A DNA stretch of 24,000 nucleotides from Candidatus Omnitrophota bacterium (lineage in GTDB: Bacteria > Omnitrophota > Gorgyraeia > Duberdicusellales > Duberdicusellaceae): positions 1 through 24,000 of the forward strand of contig JAGGSQ010000048.1 in assembly GCA_021159015.1 (NCBI GenBank). Direction: 5' to 3'. The translations under genes were made by a program, and so were the position numbers. Under the pieces are notes generated by a model. That model saw nothing but the letters and a program-made list of their open reading frames with translations, was not told the DNA's origin and did no database searches. Below are positions 1 to 6,469 of the stretch, in pieces (positions within the stretch are counted from its first letter, which is position 1; each line of letters begins with the position of its first letter).

Positions 1-30
1 TAACAGCAAACATACGGCTACTCTCCGTCC

Positions 31-48
31 AAATTCGGCAAAGCCGAA
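31..48 (-). terminator. Weak hairpin (TTCGGC-aaa-GCCGAA) with a short T run on the minus strand, downstream of the sigma-like gene stop
   Basis: 6-bp inverted repeat at 34-39/43-48. The minus strand reads TTCGGCtttGCCGAAttt, 20 nt after TAA 68-70. Confidence 0.3.
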
Positions 49-67
49 CTTCATATACTGCCAGTTA

Positions 68-424
68 TTATAACCATTTCCTTATTTTCCTCAACCCCCT
101 ACTCTTCTTCTGCCTCACATTTTCATAATTCAAATTAACTTTTTTGGCTATCTCTTTAAGCGAATGTTTGTATGCCAGTGAAGCCAACAAAATATACTTA
201 TCCGTTTCTGAAATAACTCCTGATTGAACAAGATTTTCAAGGAATGCCTCTATCTCCTCTGGACTTGCTTTAGATGATGAAAAGGAGAGAAATTCTGGAT
301 TTAAGTTAAGTTCTGCTTCAGCAGTGAGAGTTTTAAATAATTCTTTGAAATAATCTCTTAGATAATTTTTTATTCTACCTAAGATTTTTGAAGCAACCTT
401 TGACTTATCCTTGCTAACATCAAG
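68..424 (-). CDS. C-terminal half of the sigma-70/ECF-like factor (region 2.4 through the region 4 HTH); in-frame continuation of ORF 425..802 after its TAG
   Basis: Same frame as 425..802. 118 sense codons follow, ending at TAA 68-70. Translation: LDVSKDKSKVASKILGRIKNYLRDYFKE...GVISETDKYILLASLAYKHSLKEIAKKVNLNYENVRQKKSRGLRKIRKWL, a sigma-70 region 4-type HTH. It has no early start codon, which is why it is absent from the ORF track. Confidence 0.55.
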   Translation of the reverse strand, partial: LDVSKDKSKVASKILGRIKNYLRDYFKELFKTLTAEAELNLNPEFLSFSSSKASPEEIEAFLENLVQSGVISETDKYILLASLAYKHSLKEIAKKVNLNYENVRQKKSRGLRKIRKWL

Positions 425-802
425 CTAGTTTAGTTTTTCAAAGAATAAAGTTACAATCTGAAGCCATAAGTCTATGTCGCTGAGTGAAGGAAACTGTTCT
501 GCACGTTCTCTAAAATTGAAGAAGATTTTGAGTAGTCCGGGTTTAAAGAGAATAAGAAGATAGGAACCAATAAGTTTTGAATCTGGATTGGTCTGGTATT
601 CCAGAATAAGGCTTAAAAGAATTTTATCGTTGAGGATATAGTTGGGATTAGTCTGATTATGCAGGCATTTAATAAGATCCTGAGGTGTTAGGTAGGATTT
701 AATCGGTGGGTATTTTTCTCTGACCTTTTGATAGAGTTTGATAAATCTTTCTGATGAGACTTCATTTTCTAGGTCCCTTAATAATTTTCTTATCTGCTCC
801 AT
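425..802 (-). CDS. N-terminal half of the sigma-70/ECF-like factor (region 2-like), ending at an in-frame TAG
   Basis: 125-aa ORF with SD GGAGGAG immediately upstream of ATG 802. LILFKPGLLKIFFNFRE...DIDLWLQIVTLFFEKLN resembles sigma region 2.1-2.2. The stop TAG at 425-427 falls mid-domain. Confidence 0.6.
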   Translation of the reverse strand: MEQIRKLLRDLENEVSSERFIKLYQKVREKYPPIKSYLTPQDLIKCLHNQTNPNYILNDKILLSLILEYQTNPDSKLIGSYLLILFKPGLLKIFFNFRERAEQFPSLSDIDLWLQIVTLFFEKLN

Positions 803-837
803 GGTTCTCCTCCCCGAAAGCGGGGTCTCGGAGAACC
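803..837 (-). promoter_or_regulatory. GC-rich stem-loop sequestering the Shine-Dalgarno of the sigma-like gene
   Basis: mRNA reads GGUUCUCC-GAGA-CCCCG-CUUU-CGGGG-A-GGAGAACC-AUG. That gives 8+5 bp, and the 3' arm is the SD and abuts the start codon. Confidence 0.6.
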
Positions 838-863
838 TCTAGAGCTTTCTTTTGTTTAAGTTT

Positions 864-1028
864 CTAAAATTTGACTATGGTTTTACACCTTTTACATTTA
901 ATAGATACTGAATAACTGCTTTTTCCTTCTGCTATCACCTCCTTTCTGAGATGGCTGGATTTAAGAGAAACCTTTCTTGTAGTTTCAGCCAGCTTCTTAT
1001 TGCAGTTTGGACATCTGATTTCGTACAT
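864..1028 (-). CDS. Com-like zinc-ribbon protein (54 aa), not in the ORF track
   Basis: MYEIRCPNCNKKLAETTRKVSLKSSHLRKEVIAEGKSSYSVSIKCKRCKTIVKF. It has a CxxC...CxxC layout with RCxxCxKxL and IKCxRCK, as in phage Mu Com-family zinc ribbons. GAGG sits 6 nt before the ATG; stop is TAG 864-866. Confidence 0.55.
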   Translation of the reverse strand: MYEIRCPNCNKKLAETTRKVSLKSSHLRKEVIAEGKSSYSVSIKCKRCKTIVKF

Positions 1029-1040
1029 AATAACCTCATA

Positions 1041-1087
1041 AAAATAAAAAAGCCCAACCCTGGAAGGAATATCTTCCAGAATTGGGC
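1041..1087 (-). terminator. Rho-independent terminator between the two Com-like ORFs
   Basis: Minus strand reads GCCCAAttCTGGAAGatattcCTTCCAGggTTGGGC followed by TTTTTTATTTT. Confidence 0.8.
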
Positions 1088-1129
1088 CTTCAAACCGAAA
1101 TAAATGGCTATGGACCTGTTATAATTACA

Positions 1130-1276
1130 TTATTTTGTTATCTCCACTTTGTGTTCTCTTTTGCATCGGCGGCATTTAATAAAAATCTCTTTCCCTTTTA
1201 TGGTAAATAAATACCGGTTGCAGTCGCAACGAACCTCTTTAATATTATTCTTTTTGTCTTTAACACGGACCTTCAT
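1130..1276 (-). CDS. Com-like zinc-ribbon protein (48 aa), not in the ORF track
   Basis: MKVRVKDKKNNIKEVRCDCNRYLFTIKGKEIFIKCRRCKREHKVEITK. RCxCNxxLF...IKCRRCK with about 15-aa spacing matches the Mu Com family pattern. SD AGGAGG sits 9 nt upstream; stop is TAA 1130-1132. Confidence 0.6.
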   Translation of the reverse strand: MKVRVKDKKNNIKEVRCDCNRYLFTIKGKEIFIKCRRCKREHKVEITK

Positions 1277-1278
1277 AG

Positions 1279-1320
1279 CAAAATCCTCCTTTCTTTAGAT
1301 TAAAGATTCTTGGATTTTGC
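1279..1320 (-). promoter_or_regulatory. Stem-loop overlapping the Shine-Dalgarno of Com-like ORF 1
   Basis: GCAAAAUCC (1320-1312) pairs with GGAUUUUGC (1287-1279). The latter includes the last two G of AGGAGG and ends 2 nt before the AUG. There is an inner 6-bp stem UCUUUA-auc-UAAAGA. Confidence 0.45.
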
Positions 1321-1383
1321 TAGGGAGGGGTAGCTTCTCCGGGGGAATCCCGGAGGGGCTGGTTCATCTAGCAATACTATTAA

Positions 1384-2001
1384 TTAATTATATTTTCTAA
1401 ATACTCCTATAACTTTTCCAATGATCATTATATCGGCATCGCCTTTGTGATAAACAAAAGGCTTAATATCAGGATTTTCGGCTTTAAGGGTAATTTTGTT
1501 ATTGTCTTTGTAGAACCTTTTTACTGTTGCTTCATCGTTGATGAGGCTGACAATAATTTCTCCATTTTCAGCGGTTGGCTGTTGTTTTACTATTACATAG
1601 TCTCCGTCATTTATTCCTGCGCCTATCATACTGTCGCCTTCTACCTTTAGGGCAAAGATGTTATTTCCCTTTACCCAGGCTTTATCAATTGCTACGTAGC
1701 CTTCGATATTCTCAACCGCTAAAATAGGCCTGCCTGCGGCAACTCTTCCTAATACCGGAACTTCTACTATATCACGCAGAGTTTTCTTTAAGCCAATAAT
1801 GGTAATAGAACGCGCTTTATCTTTTTCTCTTCTGATATAGCCTTTTCTCTCAAGGCTTGAAAGATAATCCTGGACAGTGGCAATGGCTTTGAATTTAAAC
1901 CTCTCCATAATCTCCCTTAGAGTGGGACTTGAGCCGTATTTTGCCTGAAAATCCCTAATAAACTCCAGTATCTTTGACTGTTTTGGAGTTAAGTTTTCCA
2001 T
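1384..2001 (-). CDS. lexA: LexA-type S24 self-cleaving repressor
   Basis: N-terminal winged HTH (LTPKQSKILEFIRDF...PTLREIMERF), Ala-Gly cleavage site (GRVAAGRP), catalytic Ser (EGDSM) and Lys (ATVKRF). Start moved to MENLTPKQ (ATG 2001) because the longer ORF start at 2034 lies inside the promoter. Confidence 0.9.
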   Translation of the reverse strand: MENLTPKQSKILEFIRDFQAKYGSSPTLREIMERFKFKAIATVQDYLSSLERKGYIRREKDKARSITIIGLKKTLRDIVEVPVLGRVAAGRPILAVENIEGYVAIDKAWVKGNNIFALKVEGDSMIGAGINDGDYVIVKQQPTAENGEIIVSLINDEATVKRFYKDNNKITLKAENPDIKPFVYHKGDADIMIIGKVIGVFRKYN

Positions 2002-2024
2002 ATTTTCCTTTCTGGGTGAAAGAG

Positions 2025-2053
2025 ATAATACCATACATTTGTCTGGGTGTCAA
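2025..2053 (-). promoter_or_regulatory. Sigma-70-type promoter of the lexA-like gene with an operator-like palindrome in the spacer
   Basis: Minus strand reads TTGACA (2053-2048), a 17-nt spacer, then TATTAT (2030-2025). The spacer holds the imperfect palindrome CCAGACAAATGTATGG (2031-2046). Confidence 0.7.
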
Positions 2054-2119
2054 GATTTTTTCTTTTCTCTGTCACAATCCCTGTGTTTTTTGACATATTG
2101 GTTATGAGGAAAAATTAAA

Positions 2120-2326
2120 ATGGAAGGTAGTAAAGTAAAAAATAGAAGCAGAGGTAGACCAAAAGGCGCTAGGAAAAAATTCCATATTACTTATGAAATA
2201 GTATATTCAGACACTGGAGAAAATAATTCATCCACACCACACAAAACCCCTGAGGAACGCTGGGAAGAAATAGTTGAAATTTGCTCTGCCATTATAGCTG
2301 AATCCTGCCAAAATATTTTTAATTGA
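2120..2326 (+). CDS. Small basic protein with an AT-hook-like RGRPKG motif; possible DNA-binding accessory factor of the recombinase
   Basis: 68-aa ORF, GAGGA 10 nt before the ATG. It is divergent from lexA and directly upstream of the recombinase gene. No family recognised. Confidence 0.45.
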   Translation: MEGSKVKNRSRGRPKGARKKFHITYEIVYSDTGENNSSTPHKTPEERWEEIVEICSAIIAESCQNIFN

Positions 2327-2345
2327 CATTTAGTTATGTTCGGAT

Positions 2346-2357
2346 TACCATATGGTA
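2346..2357. promoter_or_regulatory. Perfect 12-bp palindrome TACCATATGGTA upstream of the recombinase gene
   Basis: It lies 17 nt downstream of a TTGACA hexamer (2323-2328) and 31 nt upstream of ATG 2388, a position that fits an operator. Confidence 0.4.
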
Positions 2358-2387
2358 TTGTATATAACGATGGAAATGAGGGGCTAA

Positions 2388-4031
2388 ATGAGTATAAAGA
2401 AATGTGCATTATATATCAGAGTTTCTACACAACGTCAGGCAAGTGTTGAAGATGGTTCATTAAAAGCGCAGGAAGCAAGATTAAAAGCCTATGTAGATTA
2501 CGAGAATATCAATAAAGGCGGCAAGTGGGAAATAGTTGATATTTATCGTGAAGAAGGGCGTTCAGCAAAGGACCTTAAGCGTCCTGAGTTCCAACGCCTA
2601 ATGGCCGATATAGAAAAAGGCAAAATAAATACCATCATTATCTGGAAAATAGACCGCCTCACCAGATCCCTCAAAGACTTCTCCACTCTTTGGGAAATAT
2701 TCAAGGAAAAAGGCGTACAAATTATCTCTCTTAATGAAAAATTTGATACCAGTACAGCTATTGGCAGAGCAATGATAAATATAATTCTTGTTTTTGCCCA
2801 ACTTGAAAGAGAACAAACCGGAGAACGAACCTCTGCAACAATGCAGTACAGAGCAGAACAGGGATTATGGAATGGTGGAAGAGTAATTGGTTACGATCTT
2901 GACCCTCAGAATAAAGGCGTCCTTAAAATTAATCGCCAGCAAATTGCAATAGTAAAAAAAGCATTTGATCTTTGTATAGAGAAAGGCTCCGCAGGGCAAG
3001 TTCAAAAAGCACTCAATGAGCTTGGTTATAGAATGCCTGTTTACAAATCAAGGCGAGGTAAAGAACATGGTAATACACTCTTCACCAAGCAAGCAGTGAT
3101 AAGAATGCTTACCAATCCTGTCTATATTGGAAAAATCAGCTGGGGTGGCAAACTTTACCAGGGCAGGCACCAAGCAGCGATAGATGAGAAGAAATTTTTT
3201 AAGGTGCAAGAAATATTGCGGCAGAATAGAAAGAAAAAGACTAATAATAAATTGCCCAGAAAACATGTGTATCTCCTACAAGGCATTCTGCGGTGCGGAA
3301 AATGTGGCTCGATGATGTCTCCTAAAAGCGGGATAAATGGTTCTGGTAAACCATACCACTATTACCAATGCACAAGAAACAGCCACATAGGGAATGTTGC
3401 TTGTAAAGCAAAATACGTACCGGCAAAACCTATTGAAGATTTTGTTGTAGATAGAATAAAAGAGTTAACTACAAACCAAGAAGAAATTGAGAAAATGGTA
3501 AAAAATGCCAATAAACACAGTAGTGCAAAACTTAAAAAGTTAATTCAGGATAAACAGAATTTACAAAAAGCTCTTAGGCAAGTAAAAGAAAAACTTAATA
3601 CGATGGTAGATACTATAGAGACTAATGGCGTTAAAGCTTTTAAGACACTGCAAGAAAGAATGGCTACACTGGAAAAGCAACGCCAAGATTTAGAGAAAAA
3701 ACTTGAGGCGATAGATTTTGAAGTTACAAAAATTGAGCAGGAAAAAGTGAGTGCAGAAATAATGCAACATCATTTTAAGTCTTTTCGGGATATAATTAAA
3801 AAAACTAACCCTCAGAGGCTAAAAGAGCTCCTTTTTCAGATTGTGGAATTCGTGGAGTGGCACCAAAATCCTGACGATAGCTCATCAGGACACTGCAAGA
3901 TAAGTTACTTTGAACAACCCCGCTTAACCTTTCCCAGAAATAAAGAAAGCGAACAGGGTGTTAACCAGCTGTTCGCTCAGAGTGTCAATTGGCTCCCCGG
4001 CGAGGACTCGAACCTCGGACCCGCTGGTTAA
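2388..4031 (+). CDS. Large serine recombinase (integrase)
   Basis: N-terminal resolvase domain (ALYIRVSTQRQ, IIIWKIDRLTRS), recombinase domain, zinc ribbon (CGKCGSMM...YYQC) and a long coiled-coil region. The last 14 codons are antisense to tRNA-Asn. Confidence 0.9.
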   Translation: MSIKKCALYIRVSTQRQASVEDGSLKAQEARLKAYVDYENINKGGKWEIVDIYREEGRSAKDLKRPEFQRLMADIEKGKINTIIIWKIDRLTRSLKDFSTLWEIFKEKGVQIISLNEKFDTSTAIGRAMINIILVFAQLEREQTGERTSATMQYRAEQGLWNGGRVIGYDLDPQNKGVLKINRQQIAIVKKAFDLCIEKGSAGQVQKALNELGYRMPVYKSRRGKEHGNTLFTKQAVIRMLTNPVYIGKISWGGKLYQGRHQAAIDEKKFFKVQEILRQNRKKKTNNKLPRKHVYLLQGILRCGKCGSMMSPKSGINGSGKPYHYYQCTRNSHIGNVACKAKYVPAKPIEDFVVDRIKELTTNQEEIEKMVKNANKHSSAKLKKLIQDKQNLQKALRQVKEKLNTMVDTIETNGVKAFKTLQERMATLEKQRQDLEKKLEAIDFEVTKIEQEKVSAEIMQHHFKSFRDIIKKTNPQRLKELLFQIVEFVEWHQNPDDSSSGHCKISYFEQPRLTFPRNKESEQGVNQLFAQSVNWLPGEDSNLGPAG

Positions 4032-4065
4032 CAGCCAGCTGCTCTACCAACTGAGCTACCGGGGA
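3990..4065 (-). tRNA. tRNA-Asn (anticodon GUU), CCA encoded
   Basis: The reverse complement folds as a cloverleaf: acceptor TCCCCGG/CCGGGGA, D arm GCTC-AGTTGGTA-GAGC, anticodon loop CTGTTAA, T arm CGAGG-TTCGAGT-CCTCG. Confidence 0.95.
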
Positions 4066-4113
4066 AAATTGTCAAAAGAGCTGACGTTAATTATATACCA
4101 AACAATACTTTCG

Positions 4114-4716
4114 TCAAGTAAGAGGTATGCGGCCGGCTAAGGCTTTCTCCAGAGTTGCTGAATCTGCATATTCTATCTGCGAGCCTAAAGGAATGCCAAT
4201 GCCAATGCGCGATATTTTGAGGTTGTACTGTTTTAAGGAATCGCGGATGAAAGTGGCAGTAATCTCGCCTTCAGCATCAGAATCAGTGGCAATAATTACC
4301 TCTTTAAGTTCTCCTTCTTCTGCCCTCTTTCTCAAATTATCTATATCCAAAGAATCTACTCCCTTGCCTTTAAGAGGAGAAATAGCCCCCAGAAGCACAT
4401 AGTAAAGGCCCCTGTAGGCGCCGGTTTTTTCAATAGCCATAATATCTTTGGGATATTCCACCACACACACCAAAGACCGGTCACGCTTTTCGTCCTGGCA
4501 GATAGAACAAATATCTTCAGTTGAGAAATTATTGCAGAGGCGGCAGGGCCTGATTTCATCTTTCACACTTTGTATTAGGTTCACTAGCATATCTACTCTT
4601 TCTTTCTTCTCTTCAAGTATATACAAAGCTATGCGCTCGGCACTTCTGCGGCCGATACCGGGAAGAAAACTTAAAGCTTCTATCAGATCTTGCAAAACTT
4701 TAGGATAGCCGCTCAT
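4114..4716 (-). CDS. recR: Recombination protein RecR
   Basis: HhH motif (LPGIGRRSAERIALYIL), Cys4 zinc finger (CRLCNN...CSICQD) and a Toprim domain. Confidence 0.95.
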   Translation of the reverse strand: MSGYPKVLQDLIEALSFLPGIGRRSAERIALYILEEKKERVDMLVNLIQSVKDEIRPCRLCNNFSTEDICSICQDEKRDRSLVCVVEYPKDIMAIEKTGAYRGLYYVLLGAISPLKGKGVDSLDIDNLRKRAEEGELKEVIIATDSDAEGEITATFIRDSLKQYNLKISRIGIGIPLGSQIEYADSATLEKALAGRIPLT

Positions 4717-6411
4717 TTACCCTACAACCTCCCCGCCAAAAGTATCTACTATTCTATTAAGAATATCTGAAGCCTCCTCTTCGGCAGGAGAAGTTACCTC
4801 TCCATTTGCCGCCTTATCTGTATATACACACTCAATCCTTATTTTGCGCCCTAAGAGCTTAGCAAATTTATTTTCCACCAAGGCCTTATTTTCTCTCTTT
4901 TCCACAAACTCTTTCTGGAAAGTAAGGTTCTTGGCGAAACCCAAACTTACCACTGTGCCTTGACATGCGGTTATTTCTGCTGTCTCCAAAGAAGCAGCTA
5001 CTGACATTTTCTCCTTCTTTATATTGTTCTTTACCTCTTCCCATATTGCTTCTACTTCCTCTCGAAGAAGAGAAAAACTATCTTTGTCTTCTTTATATTC
5101 CGATTCTGAGGAGACAGGGCAAGCCTGAGTTATAGACACCTGGCGAGTTCTATCCTTAATATTTTTTATAATATGAGATATTGCCTCCATCTTAAACGGC
5201 TTCTGGCGGCTAACTTCAGAAGAAGGAGAAAGATTTTTATTTTCTGCCGCTTTTGTTTTGGAAAGAGAAACACCAGAGGAGGAAGCATTTAAAGAAGCAT
5301 CACCTTTGCGGTTAGAAGCCTTGCCAGAATAAGTACTTTTTATTACCGCTACTTCCAGAGGAATCCGCAAATCACTGATAACTTTAGATGTTTTATGGAC
5401 TTCAATAAAGCGCTCTATAATTTCAAGAGTTTGTGGTAATGTTACTTTGTCCGCTAAAGATTTTACTTTCTCTTTTATCTCCGGCGGGAGAGGAACAGCT
5501 TCGGTAAAAACTTTATCTCCCACTTTAGCTAAGATAATATGCCGCAGGTATTCAATAGCGTTTTTCAGAAAAACTTCCAGATCGTAGCCCTCGCTTATTA
5601 TATTGTCTATTATCTCAAGAACAGAGGCGGTTTTTTTAAGAAACAAATCTTCCAAAAATTTGAGCATTCTTTCTGAATCAATATCTCCCAAAAATTCCAT
5701 AACTTCTTCAAAACTGTAAGCATGCTCTACCAGGGGAAGAATCTGGTCAAAAATTGACTCGGCATCTCTTATGCTTCCCTGCGCCTTGCGGCTTACATAA
5801 GCAATAAGGCGACTGTCTACTTTCACTCCCTCCTGTTTGGCAATAAAGTTTAGTTTTTCGGCTATTTTTTCCAGCGGCACAAGTTTAAAGTCAAATCTCT
5901 GGCAGCGGGAAGCAATGGTAAGAGGAACTTTATGAGGTTCGGTGGTGGCAAAAATAAACTTAACATGGGAAGGCGGCTCCTCCAAAGTCTTAAGCAAGGC
6001 ATTAAAACCATCTTTGGTTATCTGATGAACTTCATCTATAATATAAACTTTGAAACGGCTGGAGGCAGGAGAAAGCTTAACATTTTCCCTTAATTCCCTT
6101 ATATCGTCAATGCCGCGGTTAGAAGCGCCATCTATTTCTATTACATCTAAAGAAGACCCTTTCTGAATGTCAACACAGCTCTGGCAGGTGCCGCAAGGAG
6201 CAGGCGTGGGCCCTTTCTGGCAATTCACACATTTAGCCAAAATACGTGCCAAAGATGTTTTCCCCACCCCGCGCGGGCCGCAAAAAAGATAAGCATGATG
6301 CAGGCGGGATTTTAAAATTGCCTGCCTCAGCTTTTCTACCACAGAATCCTGACCAATAACTTCGTCAAAATTCTGCGGCCGGTATTTACGGGCAAAAGGA
6401 AGATACGCCAT
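4717..6411 (-). CDS. dnaX: DNA polymerase III subunit gamma/tau
   Basis: ARKYRPQNFDEVIGQ, Walker A GPRGVGKTS, zinc module CxxC...C..C, and DEVH-like IIDEVHQ. The stop abuts the recR start. Confidence 0.95.
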   Translation of the reverse strand: MAYLPFARKYRPQNFDEVIGQDSVVEKLRQAILKSRLHHAYLFCGPRGVGKTSLARILAKCVNCQKGPTPAPCGTCQSCVDIQKGSSLDVIEIDGASNRGIDDIRELRENVKLSPASSRFKVYIIDEVHQITKDGFNALLKTLEEPPSHVKFIFATTEPHKVPLTIASRCQRFDFKLVPLEKIAEKLNFIAKQEGVKVDSRLIAYVSRKAQGSIRDAESIFDQILPLVEHAYSFEEVMEFLGDIDSERMLKFLEDLFLKKTASVLEIIDNIISEGYDLEVFLKNAIEYLRHIILAKVGDKVFTEAVPLPPEIKEKVKSLADKVTLPQTLEIIERFIEVHKTSKVISDLRIPLEVAVIKSTYSGKASNRKGDASLNASSSGVSLSKTKAAENKNLSPSSEVSRQKPFKMEAISHIIKNIKDRTRQVSITQACPVSSESEYKEDKDSFSLLREEVEAIWEEVKNNIKKEKMSVAASLETAEITACQGTVVSLGFAKNLTFQKEFVEKRENKALVENKFAKLLGRKIRIECVYTDKAANGEVTSPAEEEASDILNRIVDTFGGEVVG

Positions 6412-6469
6412 TTTAAAACTTTTTCTCTATTCTACCATAACTTTCCGGGGAAAGATAAGATTTTTTAAA

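Larger units (their letters stand above)
1..4031. mobile_element. Right-hand part of an integrated mobile element (prophage/ICE-like regulatory plus integration module) abutting tRNA-Asn; the left boundary is outside the window
   Basis: Large serine recombinase next to and overlapping the tRNA-Asn 3' end. Also LexA-type repressor, Com-like zinc-ribbon ORFs and a sigma-like gene. Visibly more AT-rich than the core genes to the right. No second att copy is visible in the window. Confidence 0.5.

Noticed and set aside
2002-2034. Longer LexA start (MVLSLSPRKEN...) given in the ORF track
   Set aside because: The extension overlaps the -10 hexamer and spacer of the consensus promoter. ATG 2001 has its own AAAGGA ribosome-binding site, and conserved LexA sequence starts there.
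3958-4140. 60-aa plus-strand ORF across tRNA-Asn
   Set aside because: It is antisense to the tRNA and to the recR 3' end, and it shows no coding signal.
4714-4719. dnaX stop directly abuts the recR start with no ybaB/ebfC gene between them, unlike the common dnaX-ybaB-recR arrangement
   Set aside because: This is a real observation, but gene order varies among phyla and ybaB may be elsewhere in the genome. It is not evidence of anything unusual on its own.
5631-5637. In-frame A AAA AAA slippery heptamer in dnaX (codons TTA AAA AAA ACC); a -1 shift would terminate after 5 codons, reminiscent of the E. coli gamma frameshift
   Set aside because: It lies at about codon 258 of 564, before clamp-loader domain III is complete, so the product would be non-functional as gamma. 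No downstream stimulatory hairpin was seen. Most likely a coincidental Lys-Lys run.
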